From NCBI RefSeq assembly GCF_028368995.1, contig NZ_JAQNDL010000001.1, positions 4,448,001 to 4,512,000 of the forward strand: a stretch of DNA of 64,000 nucleotides. Reading direction: 5' to 3'. This DNA is from Nannocystis bainbridge (GTDB lineage: Bacteria > Myxococcota_A > Polyangia > Nannocystales > Nannocystaceae). Under the pieces are notes generated by a model. The model did no database searches. It had not been told where the DNA came from and worked only from the letters and a program-made list of their open reading frames with translations. Shown in pieces: positions 63,741 through 64,000 of the stretch. Position numbers and translations under genes: made by a program. The stretch's first letter is position 1. Every line of letters starts with the position of its first letter.

Positions 63741-64000
63741 TCAGCGGTCGCGGGCGCGCTCGACGAGGGCGACGGCGACGTAGACGAGCAGGGCGGCCCC
63801 CATCGACACCAGGAACGGGGCGGGGGTGAGGTCGGCGTAGCGGCCGAGCAGCCACAACACGAGGCCGACGAGCAGGGCCGCGAGGGCGCTGCGCGGGCCG
63901 CCGAAGCGGCTCCACAGGGCGAAGGCGAACACGACCACGAGGCCGCCGCCGGTGAAGCCCGAGGCGTCCTCGACGAGGTCGTGGACGCCGTCGGCGGCGC
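63741..64000 (-). CDS. C-terminal end of a membrane transporter, probably sodium:solute symporter family (partial)
   Basis: Frame open to the window edge: GVHDLVEDASGFTGGGLVVVFAFALWSRFGG...; three TM helices resembling SSS C-termini. Confidence 0.55.
   Translation of the reverse strand, partial: AADGVHDLVEDASGFTGGGLVVVFAFALWSRFGGPRSALAALLVGLVLWLLGRYADLTPAPFLVSMGAALLVYVAVALVERARDR

Overview
GC-rich chromosomal window from a myxobacterium; the 16S V1 region, recalled from memory, suggests Nannocystis or another Nannocystaceae member. It holds one complete rRNA operon (16S-23S-5S, no tRNA in the spacer) and about 40 protein-coding genes. These include speD, lysC, a 2-oxo-acid dehydrogenase-type E1a/E1b/E2/E3 operon, dcd, fur, pbpC with alpha-2-macroglobulin, a response-regulator adenylate cyclase, a UvrD/Rep helicase, xdhAB, two acyl-CoA dehydrogenases, two tandem HTTM-family proteins, several Thr-rich lipoproteins and a radical SAM/SPASM enzyme. 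No transposase, integrase, prophage or cas gene was seen. Five observations stand out. (1) A highly iterated 14-bp palindrome, TGTCC-N4-GGACA, is tiled head-to-tail next to stop codons, forms one spaced array, and also lies inside many coding sequences. (2) The E1a/E1b pair lacks the ThDP/Mg-binding and catalytic residues while E2 and E3 look intact, suggesting a pseudoenzyme. (3) A PlpX/splicease-like radical SAM gene faces a zinc-ribbon lipoprotein ending in a PYG motif. (4) The two HTTM proteins carry a C-terminal SdpA/DUF5819-like domain. (5) Many genes have leaderless-type promoters. All family calls come from motif recognition by eye; no database search was run.
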